The translations under genes and the position numbers were made by a program. DNA of 64,000 nt from Planctomycetota bacterium (GTDB taxonomy: Bacteria > Planctomycetota > Planctomycetia > Pirellulales > Lacipirellulaceae): NCBI GenBank assembly GCA_039190745.1, contig JBCCXZ010000013.1, positions 1 to 64,000 of the forward strand. Direction: 5' to 3'. Shown here in pieces: positions 42,009 through 51,484 of the stretch (positions are counted from its first letter, which is position 1; each line of letters starts with the position of its first letter). The notes under the pieces were generated by a model that had not been told where the DNA came from, did not search any database, and saw only the letters and a program-made list of their open reading frames with translations.

Positions 42009-42524
42009 GGTAATGCATTCCCTTTCTGGCGACACGTTGCGCGACGCCTCATTACCAGGAGAGTCGTGGGCGGCCAGAAGGGCGCGGGAAGCGGCGGAGC
42101 GGTTGTTTGGTAACCTAACCAACCGCCGCACTGGGATAGGTCGCTTCAGGCAACCACCCAGAATCGATCGTCCGGACAAGCCGACACGATGCAAAGAAAC
42201 CAAGCCGGCGGTTGCCGGCGGTCGCGCCTTCCGTGGCACGGGGTTCAAAGATCACGCACGAGGCAGGTCCGACCGCAACCAGGGCGGGCAGGCAAGGCGC
42301 TTGCCCGGAACGGTGTGCGGCCAGATCGACGTCCCTTTCGCTGGCCTCAAAAACTCCCTTTTTTGTGTGGCCGTGTCACGCGGCCGGATTGGAGATGCAA
42401 GTCTGAGGTGGAAAATAGGTCGATGCTGTCGGCGCGGCAAGTACTTGGAACATATTGGGTGGGATTGGGCAGTGCTTGCACAAGTTTTGCCGCAGTCGGG
42501 CTTGCGTGATTCGTAAAGGTCGGC

Positions 42525-43262
42525 TCAGAAGGCCGATTCGCAGACCCAGTAGCCGACCGCAAAGATGCCGGCGTCCACGAGCACGTGGCTCAACCAAGGC
42601 CCCCAAAGCGAGCCGGTCTTGTGGTAGAGCCACGCCCAGAACACCCCGCCGACTGCTACGCAGAGCGAGAACACCCAGGTCGTGGGCGATGCCCAGCCAA
42701 AGTAGTGGGCGAGCACGATGACGTGGTGGGCCATGAAGCCGAGCGAGGAAACAACAACCGCTGCGGCCAACGGGACGTGTTTCGCCATCCGGCCGAAGAC
42801 GAACCACCGCCAGTAGTACTCTTCCAGGAAGGCGTGGGCGGTGCTGCAGAACAACGCGAATGCGGCAAACTTGGCGGGCGAATCCAGGCCGAGCCCGAGC
42901 AGTTTTTCTTGCATGGGGCCGATTGCCGACTCGAAAACGCCCGCGGGCTCCAGGACATAGCGGAAGCCGAGCACGGCCCCGAGGAAGACGGCGCTTCCGA
43001 ATGCTAACCCCGCCTTTGTGCCGGAGGTCGAGAAAGGCCATGGACGGGGGAGGCTCCCCACGGCGTACCAGACCCACGCGACCGGCAGAGCGAACTGGAC
43101 TGTTTTCATCACTGCGTAGGCCTGCCGCTGAACGCCCGTTGCGGCGTCGGCCGCCCACACGAAGTAGACGAGCGTCACCAGGCTGGGCAGCAGCATGGCC
43201 ACGGCGAGCACCGCTAGCTCGGCCCCCCGTGAGGGGGAGTGGCGGTCGGGGGTTTCTTGCAT
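42525..43262 (-). CDS. CPBP (CAAX protease/Abi) family intramembrane metalloprotease
   Basis: 'FLEEYYWR', 'FMAHH', 'SHVLVD' motifs in a multi-TM protein. Confidence 0.88.
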   Translation of the reverse strand: MQETPDRHSPSRGAELAVLAVAMLLPSLVTLVYFVWAADAATGVQRQAYAVMKTVQFALPVAWVWYAVGSLPRPWPFSTSGTKAGLAFGSAVFLGAVLGFRYVLEPAGVFESAIGPMQEKLLGLGLDSPAKFAAFALFCSTAHAFLEEYYWRWFVFGRMAKHVPLAAAVVVSSLGFMAHHVIVLAHYFGWASPTTWVFSLCVAVGGVFWAWLYHKTGSLWGPWLSHVLVDAGIFAVGYWVCESAF

Positions 43263-43417
43263 AGCGAGTGGCGTGCTTGGTCTGACCTGATTGGCTCAGC
43301 TGGTGAGGCCGCTTTGGCCGCACTTGCTGTTCGCTGGGCCCGCCGATAGCTTGGGGTTTTGCCAGAGCAATTCAACCACGTCTGGATCGACCGCGATGCA
43401 CTCGTGGTTCCCCGCGC

Positions 43418-44590
43418 ATGCAATATGAACGCGTCTGCATCGAGTCCCTCGGCTACAGCCTCCCCCAGGAGGTGGTTACCAGCGATGAGATAGAACGCCG
43501 TCTCGGGCCCGCCTACGAGCGGCTCCGGCTGCCGGCCGGCCGGCTGGAGCTGATGAGCGGCATCCGCGAGCGGCGGTTCTTCCCGCCCGGCACGCTGCCG
43601 AGCGACGTGAGCAAAGTGAGCGCCCGCCGGGCGTTGGAAGCCTCGGGGCTGGAGCCCGAGCGGATCGGGGCCTTGATCCATGGCTCGGTGTGCCGCGACG
43701 TGCTGGAGCCCGCCACCGCGTGCGCTGTCCACGAGGCGGTCGGCCTGGGTCCCAACTGCGTAGTGCACGACGTTTCGAACGCCTGCCTGGGCATCCTGAC
43801 GGGCATGGTGCACGTGGCCAACATGATCGAGCTGGGCCAGATCGAGGCGGGCATTGTGGTGGGTACCGAGTGCGGACGCACCCTGGTCGAGAACACGATC
43901 CGGCTTCTGAACGAAGACGCTTCCATCACCCGCCGCGACGTCAAGCAGTTTGTTGCGTCGTTGACCATCGGCTCGGCCAGCGCGGCGGTGTTGCTCTGCA
44001 GCAGCGACGTCAGCCGCACCGGCAACCGCCTGCTCGCGGCACGGGCGGTCGCGCACACCGACCACAACGCGCTCTGCCGCAGCGACGGCATGGACGAGTT
44101 CATGCGGACCGACAGCGAGCAGCTGATGCGCCGCGGCGTTGCCGCCGCGGCGGAGACGTTCGACGGTCTGATGGGCGAGCTCGGTTGGCAGGCCGGCGGG
44201 ATTCAAAAATCCGTGTGCCACCAAGTCGGCTCGGCGCACCGGAAGCTCCTGTTCGACCGCCTGGGGCTGAACCCCGAGATCGACTTCTCGACCTTCGAGA
44301 CGCTGGGCAACACGGGCGCGGCGGCGTTGCCGACCACGCTGGCGATCGCGGCCGAAGCGGGCCGGCTCGACCGGGGCGATCAGCTGGCTTTGATGGGCAT
44401 CGGCTCGGGGATCAACTGCCAGATGCTCGGCGTCGACTGGCAGGAGCAACGGGTATCCGGCGGCGAGTGGGGCGCTCAGGAGGCGACCGACGACGTGAAG
44501 AAGGCCGCGGTAAATAGAGAGGCCGTGCCAGAGCCCAAGATGCTCAAGCGCCAGGCGCTAGCCAAACGCGTAGAACACTACGAGCACTAA
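43418..44590 (+). CDS. OleA-type thiolase / 3-oxoacyl-ACP synthase III family condensing enzyme
   Basis: 'SVCRDVLEPATA' (OleA-type Glu), 'DVSNACLG' (catalytic Cys), 'CHQVG', 'GNTGAA', 'MGIGSGIN'. Confidence 0.8.
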   Translation: MQYERVCIESLGYSLPQEVVTSDEIERRLGPAYERLRLPAGRLELMSGIRERRFFPPGTLPSDVSKVSARRALEASGLEPERIGALIHGSVCRDVLEPATACAVHEAVGLGPNCVVHDVSNACLGILTGMVHVANMIELGQIEAGIVVGTECGRTLVENTIRLLNEDASITRRDVKQFVASLTIGSASAAVLLCSSDVSRTGNRLLAARAVAHTDHNALCRSDGMDEFMRTDSEQLMRRGVAAAAETFDGLMGELGWQAGGIQKSVCHQVGSAHRKLLFDRLGLNPEIDFSTFETLGNTGAAALPTTLAIAAEAGRLDRGDQLALMGIGSGINCQMLGVDWQEQRVSGGEWGAQEATDDVKKAAVNREAVPEPKMLKRQALAKRVEHYEH

Positions 44591-46177
44591 CAACAGCAGC
44601 GACACGCCGACGCCGATGCCGACGTAGAGCCCTACGGGGGGGCCGTAACGCGGCCCGCTGTAGCCCGGCGGGCGGAGCGGGTCGATTTCGCCTGGGGCAC
44701 GGCTCGGACGCTTCGAGACTGGGTCTTTGCTCCGCTCGGCCTCGAGCGCCTCTTCGATGAGCGACTTCTTCGGCTTCTTCGGCTCGGGCTTCTTGGCGAC
44801 GGTGTCGATCGCCGAGGTGAGGTCGTCGGTCGGCGTGGCTGTCTGCGAGAGGACGCCGTGGTCGGTCGATTCGGTCGCCTTCGCGGCGTTGGACTTGGCA
44901 GGAGACTTCGCGGTCTTGCGTTGCTGAGGGGAGTCTTCCTCGAGGGGCGCGAGTTCGAGGTCTTCTTCGTCGATCTGCGGCACGGGCGTGCTACGGCCGC
45001 CGGAGGAGCCGCCATCTAATACGCCGCTGCCGCTGTCGGTGCCCGCCTTGCTGAGCGCCGCGGCGAACCGGCCGTAGATGTCGCTGCCGACGCCGTCACT
45101 GCCTCCGCCTGGCTTGGCGGTCGACCCGCTCGCCACGTCGACGCCACGGTCGGCGAGCCAGTCCGCCATGCGGTCGGCGACTTCCTGGGCGGTCTGGTAC
45201 CGGTCGGCCGGGTTCTTGGCCATCATGCGGTTGCAGATGGTCACCAGGCTCGGCGGTGCGTCGGGGCGGTCGATCAGGATGCTCGGGGCCTCGTCGCGTT
45301 GGTGCGCGAGCAGCCGCTCGGTGATCGTGCCCTCTGGGAATGGCGGGTGGCCGGTGAGCAGGAAGTAGAGCGTGCAGCCCAGGCCGTAGATGTCGGCTCG
45401 CTCGTCGGCGCCGTGGCTGTCGCGGGCCTGCTCGGGGGCGAGGTAGTCGGCCGTGCCGAGCACGTTCTCGTTGTTGTCCATCGTGAGCGACGCTTCGTCG
45501 CCGATCAGCCGGGCGAGGCCCATGTCGAGCACTTTGACCGTGCCCTTGGAATCGACCAAACAGTTCGCGGGCTTGATATCGCGGTGGACGAGGCCCATGG
45601 CGTGGGCGTGCGCGAGCCCCCGCGCGGCCTGAGCGATGTAGTTTGCTGCCGTGTTGTAGTCGAGCGGCCCGTTCGTCTTGACCAGCACGTGGAGGTCTTT
45701 GCCGTCGACGAACTCCATGACCAGGTAGTGCGTCTTGCCGTCCTGGTCGAAGTCGTAGATCCGGACGATGTTGGGGTCGTCGAGCTTGGCGGTGGCGCGG
45801 GCTTCGATGCGGAAGCGTTCGAGGTAGGTGGCGTCCTCCACTCGGCTCGAAGGCAGCACCTTGATGGCCACCTTGCGGTTCATGAGGGTATGCTCGGCGG
45901 CGTAGACGCTGCTCATGCCGCCCTTGCCGAGGTGGCCCAGCAACTTGTACTTTCCGAGCTTGAAGCCCTTGTACTTGCCGGCCAGCAGCTTATCGACCTG
46001 CCACTGAGTGAGGATGCCCTCTTCGATGAGGCGCTTGGCCAAGTCCTCTTGGGTGTCCGGCAGATCGCCGCCCGCCTTCTCGCGGATTGCGGAGAGCGCC
46101 CGTTCGAGCTGCTCGTCCTCGACGAGCTGGCTGCGTCGGATCAGTCCTACAAAGCTGTCGGACACCGTTTTGGTCAT
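44558..46177 (-). CDS. Hanks-type Ser/Thr protein kinase with C-terminal TM anchor
   Basis: 'LGKGGMSSVY', 'VAIKVL', 'HRDIKPAN', 'DMGLA', 'GTADYLAPEQ', hydrophobic C-terminus. Confidence 0.93.
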   Translation of the reverse strand: MTKTVSDSFVGLIRRSQLVEDEQLERALSAIREKAGGDLPDTQEDLAKRLIEEGILTQWQVDKLLAGKYKGFKLGKYKLLGHLGKGGMSSVYAAEHTLMNRKVAIKVLPSSRVEDATYLERFRIEARATAKLDDPNIVRIYDFDQDGKTHYLVMEFVDGKDLHVLVKTNGPLDYNTAANYIAQAARGLAHAHAMGLVHRDIKPANCLVDSKGTVKVLDMGLARLIGDEASLTMDNNENVLGTADYLAPEQARDSHGADERADIYGLGCTLYFLLTGHPPFPEGTITERLLAHQRDEAPSILIDRPDAPPSLVTICNRMMAKNPADRYQTAQEVADRMADWLADRGVDVASGSTAKPGGGSDGVGSDIYGRFAAALSKAGTDSGSGVLDGGSSGGRSTPVPQIDEEDLELAPLEEDSPQQRKTAKSPAKSNAAKATESTDHGVLSQTATPTDDLTSAIDTVAKKPEPKKPKKSLIEEALEAERSKDPVSKRPSRAPGEIDPLRPPGYSGPRYGPPVGLYVGIGVGVSLLLLVLVVFYAFG

Positions 46178-46577
46178 GAATGGTTTACCAACTACCACGC
46201 CCTCCGCCGCCGGGGCCTCCGCGAAGGCGGAAGCCCTTTCGGTGTTGGGACGCTTCGTTGTTCTGGGAACGCGATGATCGCGCCCCGGAAAAGGTGCTCT
46301 TTCTCTGTTGGGGGCTGTGGCTCCAACACATAGGGCCCGTGCTTCCCTGCCCCGTCGCTTCCTGAAACCCTTGCAACTGGTTGGACTCGGTAGTGTTGCC
46401 CGCGGGAACTCGGTAAACCGGTTTGCCGCGTGCTAGGTAGCCGCCTCCGGCTTCGATGATATCACAGCCCCGCTGCTCAGGCCATTATCTCCGGGTGCGT
46501 CGCGGCATATTCCCGAGCAACCGCCCGTGGAACCATCCCAGTCCGTTCAATCGCGCACAGGACACTTCGGATTACGA

Positions 46578-47387
46578 TCAGCGGTCGTCCGCAGAGGGTC
46601 GCACGAACTGCTCGTCGAAGTAGTTGACGCCCATCCCAGCGTCGATCACGAGGCTCTGGGCGTTGATGCCGCTAGAGCGGGGGCTGAGGAGGAAGGCCGT
46701 CGCCGCGGAGACTTCTTCGGTCTGCACAGCCCTGCCGCGGAGGGTGGCCCGTTCGGCGTAGAGGTAGGAATCGACGTAACCCGGGATGCCGGCGGAGGCT
46801 GAGGTCTTTAGGAGCCCGGGGGCGACTGCGTTGAACCGCACTTCGGAGAAACGGCTGAAAGACTTGGCGAGAAACACAAGGCTCGAGTCGAGCGCCGCCT
46901 TCACAGGGGCCATGAATCCGTAGTTCTCCGCCGCCATTCTCGTGGTAGAGATAGAAACCGCCACCACCGAGGCGTCGCTGGAAAACTGTTTCTTTAGAGC
47001 ATTGGACAGGGCAACCAGGGAAAAGCAGGAGATGTCGAACGCACGCTGCATTTGGTTCCGACTGGTCTCGTGGAACGGCTGAGGACCACCCTCGTAGTCA
47101 GCGAACGCGATCGAGTGGGCCAACCCGTGGAAGCCGTCGTAGGCGCCGGCGAGTTCTTCGGCGAGGCGGTCGATCTGGTCCTGGTGCTCGACGTCGCAGA
47201 CGTGCACCGGCGAGCCTGCGAGCAGCTTGGCAGTCGATTCGAGCCGCTGTGGTGAGCGGACGACGTAGACCACCTCAGCCCCGGCGTCCCGCAGGTCGCG
47301 GCCGACGTGGTAGGCGACGCTCTTGCGGTTCGCGACGCCGAAGACCACGATCCGGCGGCCTTCGAGTTGGAGGAAGTCAGTTGGCAT
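46578..47387 (-). CDS. fabI: Enoyl-ACP reductase (FabI-like SDR)
   Basis: '[11 protein letters not shown]', 'HSIAFA', '[12 protein letters not shown]' (YxxMxxxK), 'TSASAGIP'. Confidence 0.8.
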   Translation of the reverse strand: MPTDFLQLEGRRIVVFGVANRKSVAYHVGRDLRDAGAEVVYVVRSPQRLESTAKLLAGSPVHVCDVEHQDQIDRLAEELAGAYDGFHGLAHSIAFADYEGGPQPFHETSRNQMQRAFDISCFSLVALSNALKKQFSSDASVVAVSISTTRMAAENYGFMAPVKAALDSSLVFLAKSFSRFSEVRFNAVAPGLLKTSASAGIPGYVDSYLYAERATLRGRAVQTEEVSAATAFLLSPRSSGINAQSLVIDAGMGVNYFDEQFVRPSADDR

Positions 47388-47395
47388 TCGGAGGA

Positions 47396-47586
47396 TTCAC
47401 CACGGAGACACGGAGGGAGAGGGAGTGCTGAAATGAGGAGGAAGGAAGTTTCCTAACTGTGGGAGGCCTCTCCGAGGCCGATTTCGGAATCGTAGCAAAG
47501 CGGAATCGGGCTCGGAGAGCCCTCCCACAAGGACAAGATTGAAAATCCCTCATCCGTCTCCACGCCCACCGTGCCTCTGTGGTTAA
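47396..47586. repeat. 8-nt periodic inverted repeat pair enclosing REP doublet copy 3
   Basis: Left arm ttcaccacggagacacggaggg (from 47396). Right arm on the minus strand reads ttaaccacagaggcacggtggg (to 47586) and contains the fabZ stop. Confidence 0.75.
47458..47529. repeat. REP doublet family A, copy 3
   Basis: tgtgggaggcctctccgaggccgat ... atcgggctcggagagccctcccaca. Confidence 0.85.
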
Positions 47587-48035
47587 CTCCCCTCAGGCTC
47601 GGCCACCGTGCAGGCGAACTCGCAGCGGCAGGCCACTTTGCCGTCGACGGTTACTTTGCCCTTCATGAAGTAGGCGTTGGCCAGGCGGTCTGTGAGCTCG
47701 ACGTCGATCTGGATCGTGTCGCCGGGGCGGACCATCTTCTTGAACTGCACGTTGTTCAGCCGGGTGGCAACCGGCACGCCGCCGGCGTTGCCCTGGCCGG
47801 CTTGGGCCTCGACGGTGATCTTTGAGAGCAGCACGGCTCCCGCTTGCAGCGACGCCTCGCAGAGCAGCACCCCGGGCGTGAGCGGGTAGTCGGGGTAGTG
47901 GCCGCGGTACCAGAACTCGTCGCCGCTGAAGGTCTTGCGGCAGACGATGTGCTTGTCGTCTTGCTCGACGATCTCGTCGACGAGCAGGAACGGCTCGCGG
48001 TGGGGGATGGCGGCTTGGATCGCTTCTAGGGTCAT
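47583..48035 (-). CDS. fabZ: 3-hydroxyacyl-ACP dehydratase (FabZ-like)
   Basis: 'IPHREPFLLVD', 'GHYPDYPLTPGVLLCEA', 'FKKMVRPGD'. Confidence 0.85.
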   Translation of the reverse strand: MTLEAIQAAIPHREPFLLVDEIVEQDDKHIVCRKTFSGDEFWYRGHYPDYPLTPGVLLCEASLQAGAVLLSKITVEAQAGQGNAGGVPVATRLNNVQFKKMVRPGDTIQIDVELTDRLANAYFMKGKVTVDGKVACRCEFACTVAEPEGS

Positions 48036-48042
48036 TCGGATT

Positions 48043-48155
48043 TAGCCACAGATGGACGCAGATGAACACAGATTAAGAAAGGAGATTGAAGCCACACAAC
48101 AGTCTGGACGGAACGCCGTAACTTATCTGCGTTTATCTGTGTCCATCTGCGGCTA
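48043..48155. repeat. 10-nt periodic inverted repeat pair
   Basis: Left arm tagc|cacagatgga|cgcagatgaa|cacagattaa. Right arm on the minus strand reads tagc|cgcagatgga|cacagataaa|cgcagataa. Confidence 0.85.
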
Positions 48156-48166
48156 TTCTCTTCCCA

Positions 48167-49624
48167 CTACGACGCCACTTCGCTGACACTCTCGGCCGGG
48201 CGGGAGCTGCCGGTCATCAGTTCGTTGTCGACGTCGCTGGCGACCATGCGGCCGTAGTTCATCGCGCCCAGCCAGCCGGACATGATAATGCCGACGCTGC
48301 CGGCGTGGTAGAGACCGCGGACCTGCTCGGGGATCGAGCGGCTCACGGCGAGGCCCTCGAACTTCGTGCCGAAGCTCGCCCCCGCGACGTGGTGCGTGTA
48401 GTGCTGGAACGTCCGCGGCGTAGACGCCTCGACGTGGTCGACGCGGTCGCGGATGTTGGGCACGTACTTGTCGAGCGCGTCGAGCGTCGTCTCGCAGAGG
48501 TCGGCTTTGCTCGCCTTGTATTCGTCGTCCGGCAGGTGGGCCCAGTCGTCGTAGTTGGCGTTGGTGCTGGAGACGATCAGGCAACGCGGCTTCCCCTGCG
48601 GGCGGGTCCGCGGGTAGTAGAACGAGTACGTGCGGCTGGTGATGTCGCGGGAGAGCAACAGGTCGGTGCGGAACAACGGCGCGGTGGAGCTGAACAGCAG
48701 GTCGCCGGTCGACTCGTCGATCCGCTCGTCGGGCTTCAGCGCCATGTAGACCTGAGTGCTGCTGTTGTTGAGCCGCACGGCCTTGGCGTTGTCGACGAAG
48801 TTCTTGTCGAACTTGTCCTCGCCAATCAGGCGGAAGATCGTTTGCTTGAGATTGGCGTTGGAGACGACCGCGCGGCACTTGATCCGGCGGCCGTTGACCT
48901 CGACAGCGCGGACGCGGCCGCCGTCGCAGTCGATGCGCTCCACGTCGCAGCGGATGCGGATGTCGACGCCACTCTTCTTGAGGTCGGCTTCCATGAGCTC
49001 GATGAGGTGGTCGGTTCCGCCCTCGAAGGTGAAGACGCCCTTGGACATAAAGTTGCTGAAGACGATGCCGTAGCTGATGGCGGGGTCTTCGAGCGTGCTG
49101 CCGTTGGCGTAGGTGATGGGCTCCATCAGCAGCCGGATGACGTCCTCGCGGCCGGGGAAGTACTTGTCGAACAGCTCGCGCGTGGTGGTCTGCTGGTCGT
49201 CGTAAAAGTCCATGCCTCGGGCCTCGTCGAAGAAGCCTTGCACGGCAGCCGGCTCGACCTTGAAGTGCTCGATGAGCAGCTTGGTGAAGTCCTCGCGGTT
49301 GAACGAGGTGGTGAGCGAGAACATCGGGTTGTCGAACCGGATGCCCTTGAGCTGGACGATGCTGTCGGCGATCTCACGGGTCCAGTAGCGGCGGCAGCTC
49401 TTGACCATGCCGTAGGGGAATCCGTGGAGCGAGACGTCGAAGATGTGCCCGCCGGGCCGTTTGAACCAGGTGGCCATGCCGCCGAGCTTGTAGTGCTGTT
49501 CGAGGAGGATGACGGAGTAACCGGCGCGGGCGAGGATATTGGCGGCGGTGAGCCCGCCGAGGCCGCTGCCGATGACGGCGACGTCATACTCGTCCTTGGC
49601 ACCTGCTAGAAAGTCTTTGGGCAT
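48167..49624 (-). CDS. CrtI/phytoene desaturase-family FAD-dependent oxidoreductase (paralog 2)
   Basis: '[13 protein letters not shown]', 'LEQHYKLGG', 'FDVSLH', '[10 protein letters not shown]', 'GLYHAG'. Confidence 0.85.
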   Translation of the reverse strand: MPKDFLAGAKDEYDVAVIGSGLGGLTAANILARAGYSVILLEQHYKLGGMATWFKRPGGHIFDVSLHGFPYGMVKSCRRYWTREIADSIVQLKGIRFDNPMFSLTTSFNREDFTKLLIEHFKVEPAAVQGFFDEARGMDFYDDQQTTTRELFDKYFPGREDVIRLLMEPITYANGSTLEDPAISYGIVFSNFMSKGVFTFEGGTDHLIELMEADLKKSGVDIRIRCDVERIDCDGGRVRAVEVNGRRIKCRAVVSNANLKQTIFRLIGEDKFDKNFVDNAKAVRLNNSSTQVYMALKPDERIDESTGDLLFSSTAPLFRTDLLLSRDITSRTYSFYYPRTRPQGKPRCLIVSSTNANYDDWAHLPDDEYKASKADLCETTLDALDKYVPNIRDRVDHVEASTPRTFQHYTHHVAGASFGTKFEGLAVSRSIPEQVRGLYHAGSVGIIMSGWLGAMNYGRMVASDVDNELMTGSSRPAESVSEVAS

Positions 49625-49704
49625 GAGTGCTGCTTACGCTGCTCGTTCGCGAAATCGAAACCCCGATGGTATCCGACCTGGGCCGCCGCGGTAAGGCTCG
49701 GCAC

Positions 49705-51081
49705 TCACCGCAAACAGTGCTGGTTCGCCATGCCGATGCCGCTGACGATGCTGCCGATAATGCCCACAAAGCCCTGGTCGGTGCCGCAGACGAAGAGGTT
49801 CTCGAGGTGCGTCGTGCCGTCGAGCTGTTTCTCGGGGGCGCCGTAGATGGCGCCGTTGTCGTGGCCTGTGAAGCGGACAATGGTGGTCGGGGTGAACATG
49901 TCGGTGTCCACCACGCGGTGGCGGTAGTCGGGCACGAAGCGGCAGGCCGAGTCGGTGATGCGGTCGTACCAGCGGAGCTTCTCCAGGCGGTACTCTTCCT
50001 CGGGCAGGCCGGCCCAGTGCTCGAAATTCGCCAGCGCCGTGATGCGCATCACGCCGTCGGGCAGCGGCTCGTCGTAGACGAAGTTGTTCGGGCTGCAGAT
50101 CACGCCGCTGCGGAGGTCGCACGGCTCTTCGGGCGGCTCCCAGGCAAACTTGTCGCAGTCGTTGTAGAAGGTGATCGTGCGGTCGTGCCCCACGTCCTGC
50201 GGCTGCACGTCGAGCGAGGCGATCGTCTCGCAGAACGTCAGCCGCCCCGGGCCGCGATCGGTCGGGGGCTGCGACGCGTTGCCGCAGAGCCGCATGGTTT
50301 CGACCCAACCGGCCGAAGAGAGCACGCGTTTGCCTTCGAGCCGCTCGCCCGACTGAAGGACGGCGCCCACGATTCGGCCGTCTTCTACCTCTAGCCGATC
50401 GACGCCGGCGCGGAGCTTCAATTCGCCGCCCAGCCCGCGGAACTTGCGGACGAGTTGCTTCAGGATGAGCCGCACGCCCGCGTGCGGGCGGCCAAGGCCC
50501 TCCATGAAGATGCTGCGGAACATGATGGAGAACTGCCCCCAGTCCATGTCGTGCTCGCGGGCCGAGCCGTAGAACATCAGCGGGCAAAAGAGCATCTCGA
50601 CGAGCAGCGGCTCGCCGAGGATCTCGTTGAGCCGCTCGCGGGCGGAGATGTGCTGGTGCTCCTCAGCGAGGTCGTCGTACTCGACGATCGCGTCGATGAG
50701 CCGGTCGAAGTTGGCGGCCTCGCCGGGGAAGGCGGCGGCGATCTCGGAGCGGAGCAGGTCGAGGTCGTTGTCGAACCGGAACCGCGCACCGGGGAAGACG
50801 ACCTCGGAACCGACCTGCGGGGAGATCTCCAGTTCGTCCCAGCCGATGCGGAGCTGCCGCAGCAGACGCGCGAGCGGGCCCTTCTTCGTGCCCTTGGGCG
50901 TAATGTTCGTGAGCGCGTGCAGGCCGACGTCGTAGTCGCGGCCGCGGAGGCGGTAGAAGGAGTTCAGCCCGCCGATGGTGTAGTGCCGTTCGAGGATGCA
51001 GACGCGCTGGTCGTAGTAGGCCAGGCGGATGCCGGCAGCCAGGCCCGACATGCCGGCGCCGATGATGATCGTGTCGTACAT
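49705..51081 (-). CDS. CrtI/phytoene desaturase-family FAD-dependent oxidoreductase (paralog 1)
   Basis: 'YDTIIIGAGMSGL', 'LERHYTIGG', 'YDVGLH', 'FTPTTIVRFT...GAIYG', 'NLFVCG'. Confidence 0.85.
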   Translation of the reverse strand: MYDTIIIGAGMSGLAAGIRLAYYDQRVCILERHYTIGGLNSFYRLRGRDYDVGLHALTNITPKGTKKGPLARLLRQLRIGWDELEISPQVGSEVVFPGARFRFDNDLDLLRSEIAAAFPGEAANFDRLIDAIVEYDDLAEEHQHISARERLNEILGEPLLVEMLFCPLMFYGSAREHDMDWGQFSIMFRSIFMEGLGRPHAGVRLILKQLVRKFRGLGGELKLRAGVDRLEVEDGRIVGAVLQSGERLEGKRVLSSAGWVETMRLCGNASQPPTDRGPGRLTFCETIASLDVQPQDVGHDRTITFYNDCDKFAWEPPEEPCDLRSGVICSPNNFVYDEPLPDGVMRITALANFEHWAGLPEEEYRLEKLRWYDRITDSACRFVPDYRHRVVDTDMFTPTTIVRFTGHDNGAIYGAPEKQLDGTTHLENLFVCGTDQGFVGIIGSIVSGIGMANQHCLR

Positions 51082-51162
51082 GGGCGTCGAGAGTGGTTGG
51101 TCGTGGGGGTTGGGAGGGACAAGCTGACGAGCAGTTGCTCCCACTCCCTGCTCCCGCTCCCA

Positions 51163-51423
51163 CTACACCTTCTGTACGTCCTTCATGAGCGGCTCGAGGT
51201 ACGTCACGGTCGACTGCATGCTGGCGAGGTTCACGTAGTCGTCCTCGGGCACCTGGACGCGGTGGCGCTTGCGGAGCTCCATGACGATGTCGAGGAAGTC
51301 CATGCTGTCGAGTTCGAGCTGCTCGCGGAAGCTCACCTCGTCCTTGAGGTCGGTGAGGTCTTCGTCGGGGGCAATGGACTCGAGGATGTCGAGGATCTCT
51401 TCGCGGATTTCGGGGGGTGTCAT
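51163..51423 (-). CDS. Acyl carrier protein
   Basis: 86 aa, acidic, phosphopantetheine site 'LELDSMDFLDIVMEL'. Confidence 0.92.
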   Translation of the reverse strand: MTPPEIREEILDILESIAPDEDLTDLKDEVSFREQLELDSMDFLDIVMELRKRHRVQVPEDDYVNLASMQSTVTYLEPLMKDVQKV

Positions 51424-51484
51424 CTGACGCTAACTCCTCCTGCGGGCCGGCGTCCACGCCGGCGTGTGGGTCGGGCGGGGCTCG

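Noticed and set aside
48167..51081. Carotenoid biosynthesis assignment (crtI/crtN) for the two FAD oxidoreductases
   Set aside because: No phytoene/squalene synthase or other crt gene is nearby and the context is ACP-dependent, so no gene symbol was assigned.
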